Part shown: one piece after another, positions 1 through 12,500 of the stretch
How the letters are laid out: the number at the start of each line of letters is the position of its first letter
Position numbering within the stretch: the first letter of the stretch is position 1
Assembly: GCA_023334545.1 (NCBI GenBank)
Contig: JAADVB010000079.1
Span: 1 to 64,000 of the forward strand
DNA length: 64,000 bases
Reading direction: 5' to 3'
Source: Salisapilia sapeloensis CBS 127946
Taxonomy: Eukaryota; Protista; Oomycota
Translations under genes and position numbers: made by a program
Notes under the pieces: model-generated
What the model saw: only the letters and a program-made list of their open reading frames with translations
Database searches by the model: none
Told to the model about the DNA's origin: nothing

Positions 1-2
1 AG

Positions 3-107
<105 letters not shown>

Positions 108-502
108 TATGTCTGTCGTCTACTTTTGCATCGCCAACGTGATTTTATTCCATTTGCTTTCCCAAGTTTTCTATTTCTTTATTTCTAGTCCTGTTTCACG
201 CTCGAGACCCAGCTCTAGGCAAGTCATAAACGGACATTTGTACTACAAATCCAAAGTACTGACATGCTGGATTCGATAGTGGATCGATTCTGAAGATACA
301 GAAGCACTCTGATTGACTTCCTCGTCTAGTCTGATATGTATTGGCAATCTATTTTGCGCTGGAGTCCAGTACCAGCAAATGAGCTCTTGTATGCAAACGT
401 TATCGAAATACCTCGAAGGGTTGGCCCTTGACATGGGAAGTCCGTTTCGACTCCTTAATGCCAAGAGTCAACCCTTCGAGGTAATTCAATATCGACGTTT
501 GA

Positions 503-3500
503 ATGCAAGACTCCGCTCGTGTGCCAGACTCGTCACGTGCGAGTGGCACGTCAGCTCGTGATACTTTATCAGCGCAAAGCCCACCGGAAGATGATGTTCG
601 CGTTGCTTTCATTCGCAAGCTCGTGCGTATCTCGTTTCCAGCTTGCTCGGAAGAATCACTGCATCGTCAATTTGCCTCCGACTCATTTGCACATGTCCTA
701 TTCGACTTTATCCATATCCCGGACACTAGGTTACTGCTACTGACCGATCACGGTAAAGGAACAGAAGGTTCCTTACGCGTGTATGCTTCACCTCCACCAA
801 AGCTTTTCGCTTCTGGACGACCTCAAACTATCTTATATGTCATCAAACTACAGAATGCAGCACTTGCGCATGAAAGGGTGTTTGAGCAGCTTACGTTTGG
901 GACATTGGAGGGTGGACCGTTGCAATCGCTCGAGCAGTATCTTCAGAACGTAGTTATTCCGTTAGTAGCTAATCCTCATAACCAGAAGCAATGGCCAGAG
1001 ATGGTGACGTCGTCCGTCATCAACAATCTCAATACATTGTACGCCAATCTTCAGATCACGTTAGGAAAGACGAAAGGAACGACTCGTCTCCCATTGCCAT
1101 GGGATCAGATACTCGTCGATGAAGAAGCTCGATTGGTGAGTAAGAATACTTCCAACCAGGCAACGAACAATGGCAAGGATGCGTCGACCCACTTTTTCGG
1201 CAAAGACAGGATTCACAACCTCGAGAGCTCGATCATTACATGGACCAAGCAAATCAAGACGATATTGAGCGAAGAACCGGAAGTCGTAGCTAGCAAAAGC
1301 AAGAAATTTACACTGATAAAGGTTGGCAACAATAAACATTTGGGGCCTGCCGCTGAGATTGAGTTCTGGACGGCCAAGGCAAGGCATTTGAATGCTATTT
1401 TCACTCAATTGCAGTCCGCTAGCATTCGTCGAATCTTACAAAGCTTAAGTTCTGCCAAGAGTTCATACTCGGCTCCTTTTGCAAAATTATGCAAGGAAGT
1501 ATTTCAAGCACGAACGGAGGCGAATGATAACGTGTACTATCTCAAGTCCCTCGAACCACTAGTGCAAAAGTTGCTAGATAGTCCTCCAAATGAGTTTAGC
1601 GCGATTCAACCACTATTCCAGCCGATCTGCCACTGCATTCTACTGATATGGAAAAACAGTCGATACTACAATACCCCAGCTCGCCTCGTCATTCTTATCC
1701 GCCAAGTGTCCAATGAGATCATTCGCAAAGCTACCGCTTTTATTGACGGAAAAACGTTAATTCAGCTCGCCGATGAAGGTGAGTTGATGGCAGCACGTGG
1801 CAAACTCCTTACATGCCTGCGCGTATGTGCTCACTTCAAGAGTGTTTATTTCGACTACAAGGCAAAATCAGCCATCGAAGTGCCAGTGAACCCGTGGCAA
1901 GTGCCGAACGCCACTGTCTTTATGCGCATGGATTCTTTCCTTGAACGCTGTCACGATGTTCTCGACTTGATGCAAATACTGGCTCAATTCGGCACACTAG
2001 AAAGCGTCGAAGTCGGTGGGACAAAAGGAAAGACATTGACAACGAGTGTGTATCAAATCTATCAGGACTTTGTGGCTGCTGTAGCGGACATTCGAGACGT
2101 TACGTATGACTTGCTAGACTTGGACGAACGAAAGTTTGATAATGACTTTTACCACTTCCGGTCTCAAATCAAGGAACTAGAGAAGCGTCTTCTATCGGTT
2201 GTTCGTCAAGCATTTGAGGACGCCAAGACCATTCGTGGCCAGATCAAATGCCTTGAGGGTTTCCGAGAGATCCTCGAACGACCGCGCATCTCTCATGAGC
2301 TCGAAAGAGACTACATCGCGTTGCTAAAGACGTACACGAACGATTTGTATAACGTCCAGCACCTTTTCTTGGAAAACCGAGAGCATCCACCTCTAGCGCC
2401 CAACTTACCACCATGTTCGGGTGCAGTGAGTTGGAGTCGAGGGATAGCGGAGCGAGTGCGCTTTCCGATGACAAAGATTAAAGACATGGTGCCACGAACG
2501 GTGCTAGAGAGGGAAGAAGCAAAGGATTGCGTCAAGCTGTATACTAATTTCTTGGCACTTTTGCAAGAGTATGAAGTGCGTACTATCGAGCAATGGAGTG
2601 ATAGTGTCGAAGCATCTTCAAAGGAGAAACTCAAGCTCCCTCTACTTCGTCGGGAAAATTTGCAATCGCCACTCGTGCATGATGGAAGCTCAAGCTCACG
2701 ATCGCCTTCCTTGGCGCCAGTACCATCTTCACACGCAGCAACCGGTCCCTTGGCTGTAAATTTTGATTCAGCACTTGTTCAGTTACTACGGGAAGTAAAG
2801 TATTTCCTCCAACTTGGTGTGGACATTCCAGAGGAGGCACTCGCCATTTACAAACGGGCAGAAGTGTTTCGTAGGCAGACAGGAAACCTGGAGCTCGTTG
2901 TCGACATGTATAACTCTATTCACGCACAACTTCTCCCTGTTGAACGTCCACTAGTGAAGGCCCAGTTGGATCGCATGGATCTTGCCTTATCGAAAGGAGT
3001 CAAAAGCTTCAATTGGAAGTCACATGGCATTGATGTGTTTCTAAAGGAGGTCATGACAGACGTCAATGACGCTAAAGTCCTGCTAGGGCAACTCAAGTCT
3101 CAGCAAGAACGCGTGGACGACTTACTAGCCGGTTGGAAAGCGCCTCCACTACTGTTCAAGCCGATGTCGAAGCCCATGTCCTGCTCCGACTTTACTCAAA
3201 TGCAACAAGAGAGTTGTCGAGAGAAGTATTCGCTCATAAAGGAAGGTGGGAACGAGATCCAGCAGTCACTCAAGGAGACCCTGAAGTGCCTTCGTATCTC
3301 TCAGGGCAGTCCGGACTGGAGAGCTTATGTCGAGTTCATAAGTGGCATGGTAGAAGACGGCTTATGCTCAGTTGTATTGCAGTCACTACAGCTACTGCGA
3401 GACCAGCTAGACCCAGAGATTATCGAAAAGAATGACTTGTCTGCTCTAGTGGAAATTGAGCTTGATTTATACGGACGGGAGGTAGTATATTCGCCAATGA

Positions 3501-6500
3501 TCGAGTCGAATGCGGCAGGCGAGGGACTTCGAGACGTTGTACTAAAGCGCATCGAAGGCATTCTTCACTGCTCAGCAGTATTTCGGCGACTGGATAGCGT
3601 CGATGGGACCTATTTGAAGCAAATGCGAGAGAATGCACAAGTCCAGTTACTCATCTCGGACATTTCGGGCTTTTTGAACGCCAATGATCAAAAGTGCAGA
3701 GACTTACGGAAAGAAATGTTGGTCTACGAGTACCTCTGGGCAACAGATTTGTCTCAAATGTTTGCCGAGTTCCTCATGTCAGCGTGGGAAGGTGGTGGTT
3801 CTCCTGAAGAGAAGGAGAAGGCAATTCGTAACGTGTTGCGCAAGTCCGATATGCTTTCCGACGGCTCTATGTATGCCAAAAGCGACGTACAGAACCAACC
3901 GATGACCTCACAAGAATTGCGGTTACCATTATTTGAAGAGAAGATCCGGTTCTTCCTTGCTTTACAAGTCGAAATTTCTGAATCAAAGCATTCACGAGAA
4001 GTGGGCTTCGTGCGAGTGAACTCACTGCCGATTAAGCAAGCGCTATCGACTTGTGTAACAAAGTGGATCTACACGTTCACACAGTTTCTCCAAGACTGCG
4101 TCGTCAACCAATTGTCCTGGATTCATGCTTTTATCTGTCGCGTACATATTGGACTGGACGAAGAAATTCCGACAGAAGTCACTACATCGAATATACCTCA
4201 GTCGGCGACGCAGCGCAGTGACGGGTTCTACATAGGTGGAGGTGCGTTGAATGCAATTGAAGATGCGAGCACGGCGTTGCTCAAGTGCATGGAATACATA
4301 AGAGATGTCAAGATCATAATGAAAGAAGAACGGGTGATTGATTTCAAGTCGATTGAAAGTGTCGTCGCCATCCTCAAGACGAACGAGATTGTGTTCGACA
4401 CGGCATACATTGGGAAAGAGAGCGTGACGTCGTTTTTAGAACAAGCACCAGTGCGATGGGATGCATTAGTGAATAAAACGTTTAAAAAAAAAGAACGCAT
4501 CCAGCCTCAACAGCACCGCATGAGTGAGGCAATCAAAGCAGAGGTGAGCGAATTCCAGCGTCGCATGAGCGCATTGCAAGAAGACTTTAAAGTCTCTGCA
4601 CCATTTCACTCCCCTTCGGATAATCGTTTGTCCTTAGACAATGTATACGAGATGATGGACACTTACCAACTCAAGCTTGCACAAGTGGAAGCGAAAGCTG
4701 CTCATTTGATGGAACTCGAGACTCTGTTTGAACTACCAGTGACTAAGAATGAGGTTCTAAATAGTACTCGGTCGGATTTCAAGCTTCTGAAGCAGGTATG
4801 GGACTTTGCTGCCATGCTCGAGACCACGTACACGTTCGACTGGAATCCTCAACTATGGACAGAGGTTGATTTAGATGCCCTCCTGCACCGTGTGGACGAC
4901 TTAGAGCGACTACGAGTTGAGCTATTCGGCCGTCTTAAGACAAGAGTGAATGAGTGGCCTGTGTACAAGTATTTGGAAGAACGGCTGACCCAGACAGCGA
5001 CTGTCCTTCCGCTAGCAAAGAGCCTTCGGTCACCGATATTACGAGAGCGACATTGGAAGCACTTGACAGTGATGAGTCGCAAGCACGCAGACATTGGATC
5101 AAACGTTTCTCTCATCGTAAATCTTTCCAACCACGCCTCCCTTCGTCTTGAGAATATCTTTTCTCTCGAGCTGTACCGCTGTGCGGATGAAGTGAACGAA
5201 CTCATTGAAATGGCCAGTCGAGAGTTTAAAATCGAGCAGCAACTATCATCTATTGAAACGATGTGGACAACGTCGTCGTTGGAATTCGTACCTTTAATAA
5301 CGGCCAGTAGTCCGGCAAAGGAAAGCTATTCGACCGATAGTCTCACTGGCCCCACCACAGCAAGCACAACCAAGCTGTTACGTCCTTCTCAGTCCACAGC
5401 TTCACTACTTGACACTCAGTTCAGTGCAGCTGACAGTAACGTCTTGTTTATTTTAAAGCCTCCGAACGCATTGGTCGAGACGCTGGAAGAGCATCAAGTC
5501 CAATTGCAGTCGATGGCTGGAATGGGTAAATTCGTCGAGCATTTCAAGAGCAAAGTGGATGAGTGGCAACGGTTGCTCGGGACAATCGAGACGGTGCTCA
5601 AGCGATGGATGTCACTGCAGCGACAGTGGAGTAGCTTAGAATCGATCTTCTTAAATCCTGTCGGAGACATCCAGCGACAGATGCCGAGCGAATATCAGAA
5701 GTTCGTGAGTATTGATGAAGAGATGAGAGACCTGTGCGCTGACGCTTATCACAATCCGTCGGTTATGACTGTATGCTGCGCCCGAGAAGGGCGAGAAGGA
5801 ACGCTGTGCAACCTACAGAGTGAACTAGAGATCTGTCAGAAGGCGCTCAACAAGTACCTTGGTGGGAAGAAGGATGCATTTCCACGTTTCTACTTTGTTT
5901 CCAATGCGGCACTACTGGAGATCTTAGCAAACGGGAGCTACCCTATGCGACTTCAAGCACACATTGGCAATTGCTTTGAAGGCATCGCAGAGTTCATATA
6001 TGAAGAGACAAAGACGCATGACGGAGGAAGTGACTCTTCCCAAACGCAATACATGGTGGCAGGCATGGTGTCTAAAGAAGGAGAAAACGTCCGGTTTACA
6101 GACTCGCATGTCGTTCACGGTGCTGTCGAAAGCTGGTTCAGTGACCTCCTGTTTGTAGTGCAGGAGACGCTACGACATCAAATGCTTGACGCCGTCGAAA
6201 CCAGTGCTTTGTGGAATGTAGACTGTCCAAGAGGATCTTGGGTGTTTAATTACCCTGCGCAGATCGCTCTACTTGCGGGTCAGATCGTGTGGACGGAAGA
6301 AACGGAAGCCGCACTAGAAGAGGCAGAAAATGGATCCGAAGATGCGATCAAGAGGTACTGGGATGTCTGCACCGTACGTCTTGAGCAGCTGATTAAGCTG
6401 GTACAGGGTCAACTCTCGGCTCTTGATCGTCAAAAGGTTATCACACTTATTACCATCGATGTCCATGCACGAGACGTTGTCCAGCATTTGCTTGTAGACA

Positions 6501-9500
6501 AAGTATCGAGCAATTGCGCCTTTGAATGGCAGTCCCAACTGCGGTGCTACTCTGTAAATGCCATAGCGTCTCTTGGGGCAACACCTAAGCGGGACGTGCA
6601 AATCCGTATATGCGACTTTCAATCCTTGTACAGCTACGAGTATATCGGCAGCGGTGGGCGTCTGGTGATTACGCCGCTTACAGACCGCTGTTACGTGACG
6701 CTAACGACAGCGCTTCGCCTCTGTCTTGGAGGTGCTCCTGCCGGTCCAGCTGGCACTGGGAAGACAGAGACAACGAAAGACCTGTCAAAAGCACTCGGGC
6801 TTCCGTGCTACGTCTTTAATTGTAGTGAACAGATGAACTATTTGACGATGGGGGAAATCTTCCAAGGTCTAGCACAGACGGGGGCTTGGGGCTGCTTCGA
6901 TGAGTTCAATCGTATATCGGTTGAGGTCCTGTCTGTTGTCGCTACCCAAGTACAAATAGTACTGGATGCAACATCCCAGCAGAAAAACATGCGTAAACGT
7001 GCTAGTATAAATTTTGGCAGCAGCGCAGAAAACTCGACCGAAGCAGCCTCTATGGTGTTTGCCACTCCCGCCGGTCAATGCAATTTCTTTGGCAAAACGA
7101 TCAACTTGATTCCAACGGTAGGACTATTCATTACCATGAACCCTGGATATGCCGGTCGAGCGGAACTGCCGGAGAATCTGAAAGCACTCTTTCGGTCTTG
7201 TGCAATGATTAAGCCTGATCTCCAGCCTATCTGCGAAAACATGCTAATGGCTGAAGGCTTTCTACAGGCTCGAGCACTCTCTTTTAAGTTTGTCGCGCTT
7301 TATGAACTTGGAAGTGAAATGGTTTCGGATCAAAAGCACTACGATTGGGGCCTACGAGCAGTTAAATCAGTCTTGCTCGTCGCAGGCGCAGCTCGACGCT
7401 TGCAACCAAAGGTGCCTGAATCCCGCGTGCTCATGCAAGTTCTGTATGACTTTAATATCCCGAGACTTCTTCCAGCAGATAGTACGATCTTCCTCGGCCT
7501 CCTCCAGGACCTTTTCGCTTCGACCAAGATGCAAGTCATCGCGAATGAAGAGTTGAGAGCAAAGTGTCAGGTCGTGTGCTCGGAACAAGTGTTGCAACCG
7601 GAAGATGGGTTCCTACGGAAGGTGTTGGAGCTGAATGAAGCCTTTCAGGTTCGACATAGCGTCATGCTCCTAGGAGCTGCTGGAAGTGGGAAAACGACAA
7701 TATGGCAGTCGCTTGCAGCCAGTCATAATGTTGGTTGCCTGAAACCTGTTGCGGTCTACGAAAGTGTAAATCCGAAAGCCGTCACAGCAGATGAATTGTA
7801 TGGATTTATGAATTTAGATCACGACTGGAAGGATGGAGCACTTTCGTCGATTATGAGAAATATGACGACGGAGTCAGCCCCCTATCATTTAAACCAGCTC
7901 TACAAATGGGTCGTGTTAGACGGTGACATTGACGCTGTCTGGATCGAAAGTATGAATACCGTGATGGATGACAATAAGGTCCTGACGCTCGTATCGAACG
8001 AACGCATTCCACTATCCAGCTCGATGCGACTCTTATTTGAGATCCATTCCCTCGTGAATGCAACACCAGCAACTGTATCAAGAGCTGGGATCATCTATCT
8101 CAACGAAAGCGACGTCGGTTGGGCGCCTGCCATGGAATCTTGGCTGCAAAAGCGAGATAGTCAGAGTGAAGTTTCCATTCTTCCGAGTCTCTTTTCCAAG
8201 TACATTTATCGCTTTATGGATCTAATGAACGAATTCAGAGCCCAAAACTGCGTCCTGCTTCCTCCAATTGCAACCATTCAAACGCTCTGTTGCTACCTCG
8301 AGGCGCAACTATTGCAACTTGATGAGTCTCAGAAGAGTCCGGATGTCCTTCACAATAGCTTTCTGTACAGCGCTTTGTGGGCTTTTGGTGGTGGTCTTCA
8401 GGATGATCCACCTCAAGCACGAAAGTCCTTTTCGGCGCAATTCAAATCAATCGCCAAATTCAAGCTTCCGAATTCACCGAACTCTTCTAGATCGGAACAA
8501 GACACTGGGCTATCCGGTGATCCCAATGCATCTATAGGTGACCAAGACCTTTTCGATTGGTACTATGACTGTGCTACAAACGAATTTCACCTCTGGCAAG
8601 ACGATCTACAAAACGGCCTACCTGGATCGACCAACGCTGTCGATAGCATGTCATCGTCTTTGATCGTCCCGACCGTCGACTTTAAGCGCACGCAAAGCAT
8701 GATAGGCCTGCTCTTATCTAACGCTTGTCCTGTACTGTTGGCTGGATATGTCGGTACAGGAAAGACAGCTCTTTTGCTTGACTTGCTCAAAAGTAAAGAG
8801 GAAGATGTTCCGTTCATTCATATTGCGATGCACCATTTTATGACTGCGAAAGACTTGCAGTTCCGATTGGAGCAGTATCTAGAAAAGCGTTCAGGCCGTA
8901 GTTATGGGCCTAGTGGATGTCCTCGATTGACTTTCTTTGTAGACGATATCAACATGCCTTGCCCAGAAACGTTCGGGTCACAGACAACGGGTGCACTATT
9001 GCGACAATACTTTGACTATGGAGGGTGGTACGACAGACATGATCTGTCAATGAAAAAGGTTATTCTCGACGTTTCATTTGTCGCGTGCATGAATCCTCAC
9101 GCTACGACTTACACGATGAACCCTCGTCTTTTAAGACACTTTGCTGTGCTCGCCTTGCCTGCACCAACAAAAAGTACCATGCAATCGATATATGCAAACT
9201 TGTTAGAGTTCTCCCTCCACGGCTTTGCTGACAAGATCAAACGGTTGGGCCAAGCGCTCATCTCCGCTTCGATCGACCTCCATCTCGACGTTTGCCGGCA
9301 CTTTGCTCTGACAGCAGATAAATTCTACCACGTCTTCTCCCTTCGGGACCTCAATCGACTCTTCGATGGACTTGCCATCGCTCGTCCAGAGACGTTTATG
9401 ACAAATACGCTTAAATTCTCGAGACTTTGGCTTCATGAAGTCTATCGAGTCTACAGTGACCGTTTCTCAAGTCTAAATGAAGTCCAGCGATTCACGAGCA

Positions 9501-12500
9501 TCGTGACGGAGATCACGAAAAAGTATCTCGAGGAAGACCAAGCGCAGCTATTTGCAGACCCTTTGATTTGCGCTGGGTTCCTCGAGATGGATGCGAGAGC
9601 AATGAATGACGCGGGTGAGACCTTAAACTCTGCTTTAGTAAACTACGGTCCGATTCAAAATAAACAAGACCTGGTCAAGGCTGTACATGGAAAGCTTGAA
9701 GAGTTTAATGAGTCGCAGTCGGTGCTCAACCTAGTTCTGTTCGACCAAGCGCTGGAGCACGTTACTCGTATCGTTCGTATCATCTCTCAAAGCGCTGGAC
9801 ATGCACTACTTGTCGGTGTCGGTGGCTCCGGAAAGCAAAGTCTAACGCGATTAGCGGCGTTCATCTGTCAAGCGACATTGACAATGCTCCAAACAGGAAC
9901 AGTTCCCAACTACGCTCAAGCCGATTTAAAGGAAGAGCTGAAAGACTTATGTCGCAAGGCTGGTGTGCGACCTGCCAAACCTGTTGTGCTTTTAATTTCC
10001 GACTCTCAAATCCTCACAGAAGTATTCCTTATCCCATTGCATGAACTGCTCATGACAGGACAAGTCAGTGACCTCTTTTCCATGGACGATATGGATGTTA
10101 TTACCGGATCGATACGGGTCGAGGCGAAAGCACGAGGTATTCCGGATTCCAAAGCAGACCTCCAGGCCTTCTTTTGGGCAAGAGTAAAGGAAAACGTGCG
10201 CATTGTTCTTGCCTTGTCTCCTGTAGGGGCTGATCTGCGCGAAAGATGCCGCAAATTTCCTTCTTTGATACATTGCTGCACAATCGACTGGTTCCACGCA
10301 TGGCCAAAGGAGGCTCTTATCGAAGTGGCAAGCCAGTTTCTGCAAGACATGGACCTGTCAACATCCGTTATACAAGAGAACGTGTGCCATCACATGGCTG
10401 CTGTGCACTTGTCCGTGCAGTTCGCAAGCACTTACTACGCCAAGACCGTCGGGCGCTATAACTACGTCACACCAACGTCTTTCCTAGAACTAATCAATTT
10501 CTATCGTGCTCTGCTAGCAGACAAGCGTCAGAATCGCGAGCGTCAAATGCAGAGACTGGAAGTGGGTTTAGCTACGCTAAGAAAAACGGCGAGAGATGTT
10601 TCCAAGTTGCAGGAAGAACTGAAAGCCACGATGAAAATCGTCGAGCAAAGGAAACTAGCAACGGACGAGCTGTTAGAAGAAATGGGAAAGCAACGAGGAG
10701 AAGCAGAGGTCAAGCGCAAGAGAGCGGACGAAGAGCGGGCAAAGGCTACTCAAGCAGCAGACACAGCATCAAGCATCGAAGCGGAAGCAGCGACGGAGCT
10801 AGCGGCTGCGAAGCCAGCTTTGGAAGGTGCTCAGCAGGCAGTCAACTGCCTCAACAAAGCGTCATTGACAGAGCTGAAGTCGATGGGGAAGCCACCTGCT
10901 GGCGTTGACCGAGTTACTGCGGCCGTCTTGATGATGGTGAAGGGTGAGACGCGGAACTTTAGTTGGGACAACGCCAAGAAGATGATGGCTCGAGTGGATC
11001 TGTTTAAGCAATCGCTAGAGCAATATGACAAGGAACACATTCCATCCGATGTCGTGTCGAGAGTCGAAGCTTTGATTTCAGAGGATCCTAACTTTACCTA
11101 TGAGAAGATGAAGACGCGGTCCGTAGCAGCAGCAAATCTTTGTGTGTGGGTTATCAACATCATCTCCTTCCATCATGTCTATTCACGAGTAAAGCCATTG
11201 ATGGACAAGCTGGAGGAAGCAAAGCAGAGTAAAGCAGAGGCAGATAAAGAGCTAAGTATCGTGCAAGGACTTGTTGCTGAAGTGGAACGGCACTTGGCGA
11301 CACTACAGGCATCTTTTCGAGAAGCCACGAATGAGCGAGCAAAGGTAGAAGCAGAGGCAAATGCCTGTCAGATACGTCTGCAGTTGGCGGAACGTCTGGT
11401 GAATGGATTAAGTACAGAGAATGAAAGATGGAGCAAAGAGATGGAAGTGTTGAAAACGGGAGAAGAAGCTCTTATCGGAAATACGTTACTGTCTGCAGCA
11501 TTCGTCAGCTACGCTGGTGCGTTTGATGCGAACTTCAGAGGCCACCTGTGGAAACGTACATGGCTGCCTGATATCCTCATCCGAGAGATCCCCATCGCGC
11601 TAGATGACTATCAGAGGCAACATGTTCTTGCAAATGCGAGTGACGACTTGCAAAATGGCAATGAAGCCGACTTGGATGCACTGAAAATGCAGACAGGAAG
11701 GTACGATGAAAGTGTAGATGACGAAGACGCGAGACCGAAGGCGGTGGAACAAGACCAAGACTTTGGTGTAGTGGATCCAGTTGCAATGTTAAGTGATAGC
11801 GGATCTGTTGCTCAATGGATGAATGAAGGCCTTCCATCAGACCGGATATCCGTAGAGAACGGTTGCATCGTTGCGGCTTGCTCCCGATGGCCTTTACTAG
11901 TAGATCCGCAGCTCCAAGGCATTACATGGCTGCGTGGTCATGACTTTAAGGCATCAAATACTGATCCTGCAGCATCTTCACTAGTCGTCGTGAACTGCTC
12001 TCAGAAGAATTGGTTAAGAACGATTAAAAATGGCATTTCGAACGGACAGAAGATCTTGTTGGAAAGCTTGGACGAAGTCATCGATCCAGCTCTGGAACCG
12101 ATTTTAATGCGACGCATGCATCGAAAAGGACGTAGCTTGCTGCTACGATTCGCATCCGACGAAATTGAGGTCGATCCGAACTTCCGACTCTTCCTCCATA
12201 CGAAGCTTTCGAATCCTCATTACCGACCTGAGGTACTCGCTTACTGCACGCTCATTGACTTTTGCGTGACAGAGCAGGGTTTGGAAGACCAAATACTAGC
12301 GAATGTGGTGAATTTGGAGCAGCCGAATCTGGAGCTTGAGAAACAAAAGCTTCAGCAGCAGTTTAACGACTACCAGATACAGCTTCGACAGCTCGAGTCG
12401 GAATTGCTTGAAAGGCTGGCGCATGCTCCTGATGACATCCTTTCCGATGTTGTCTTGATCGAGAGCTTGGAGCAGACCAAGGCTGCGGCGAATGACGTGA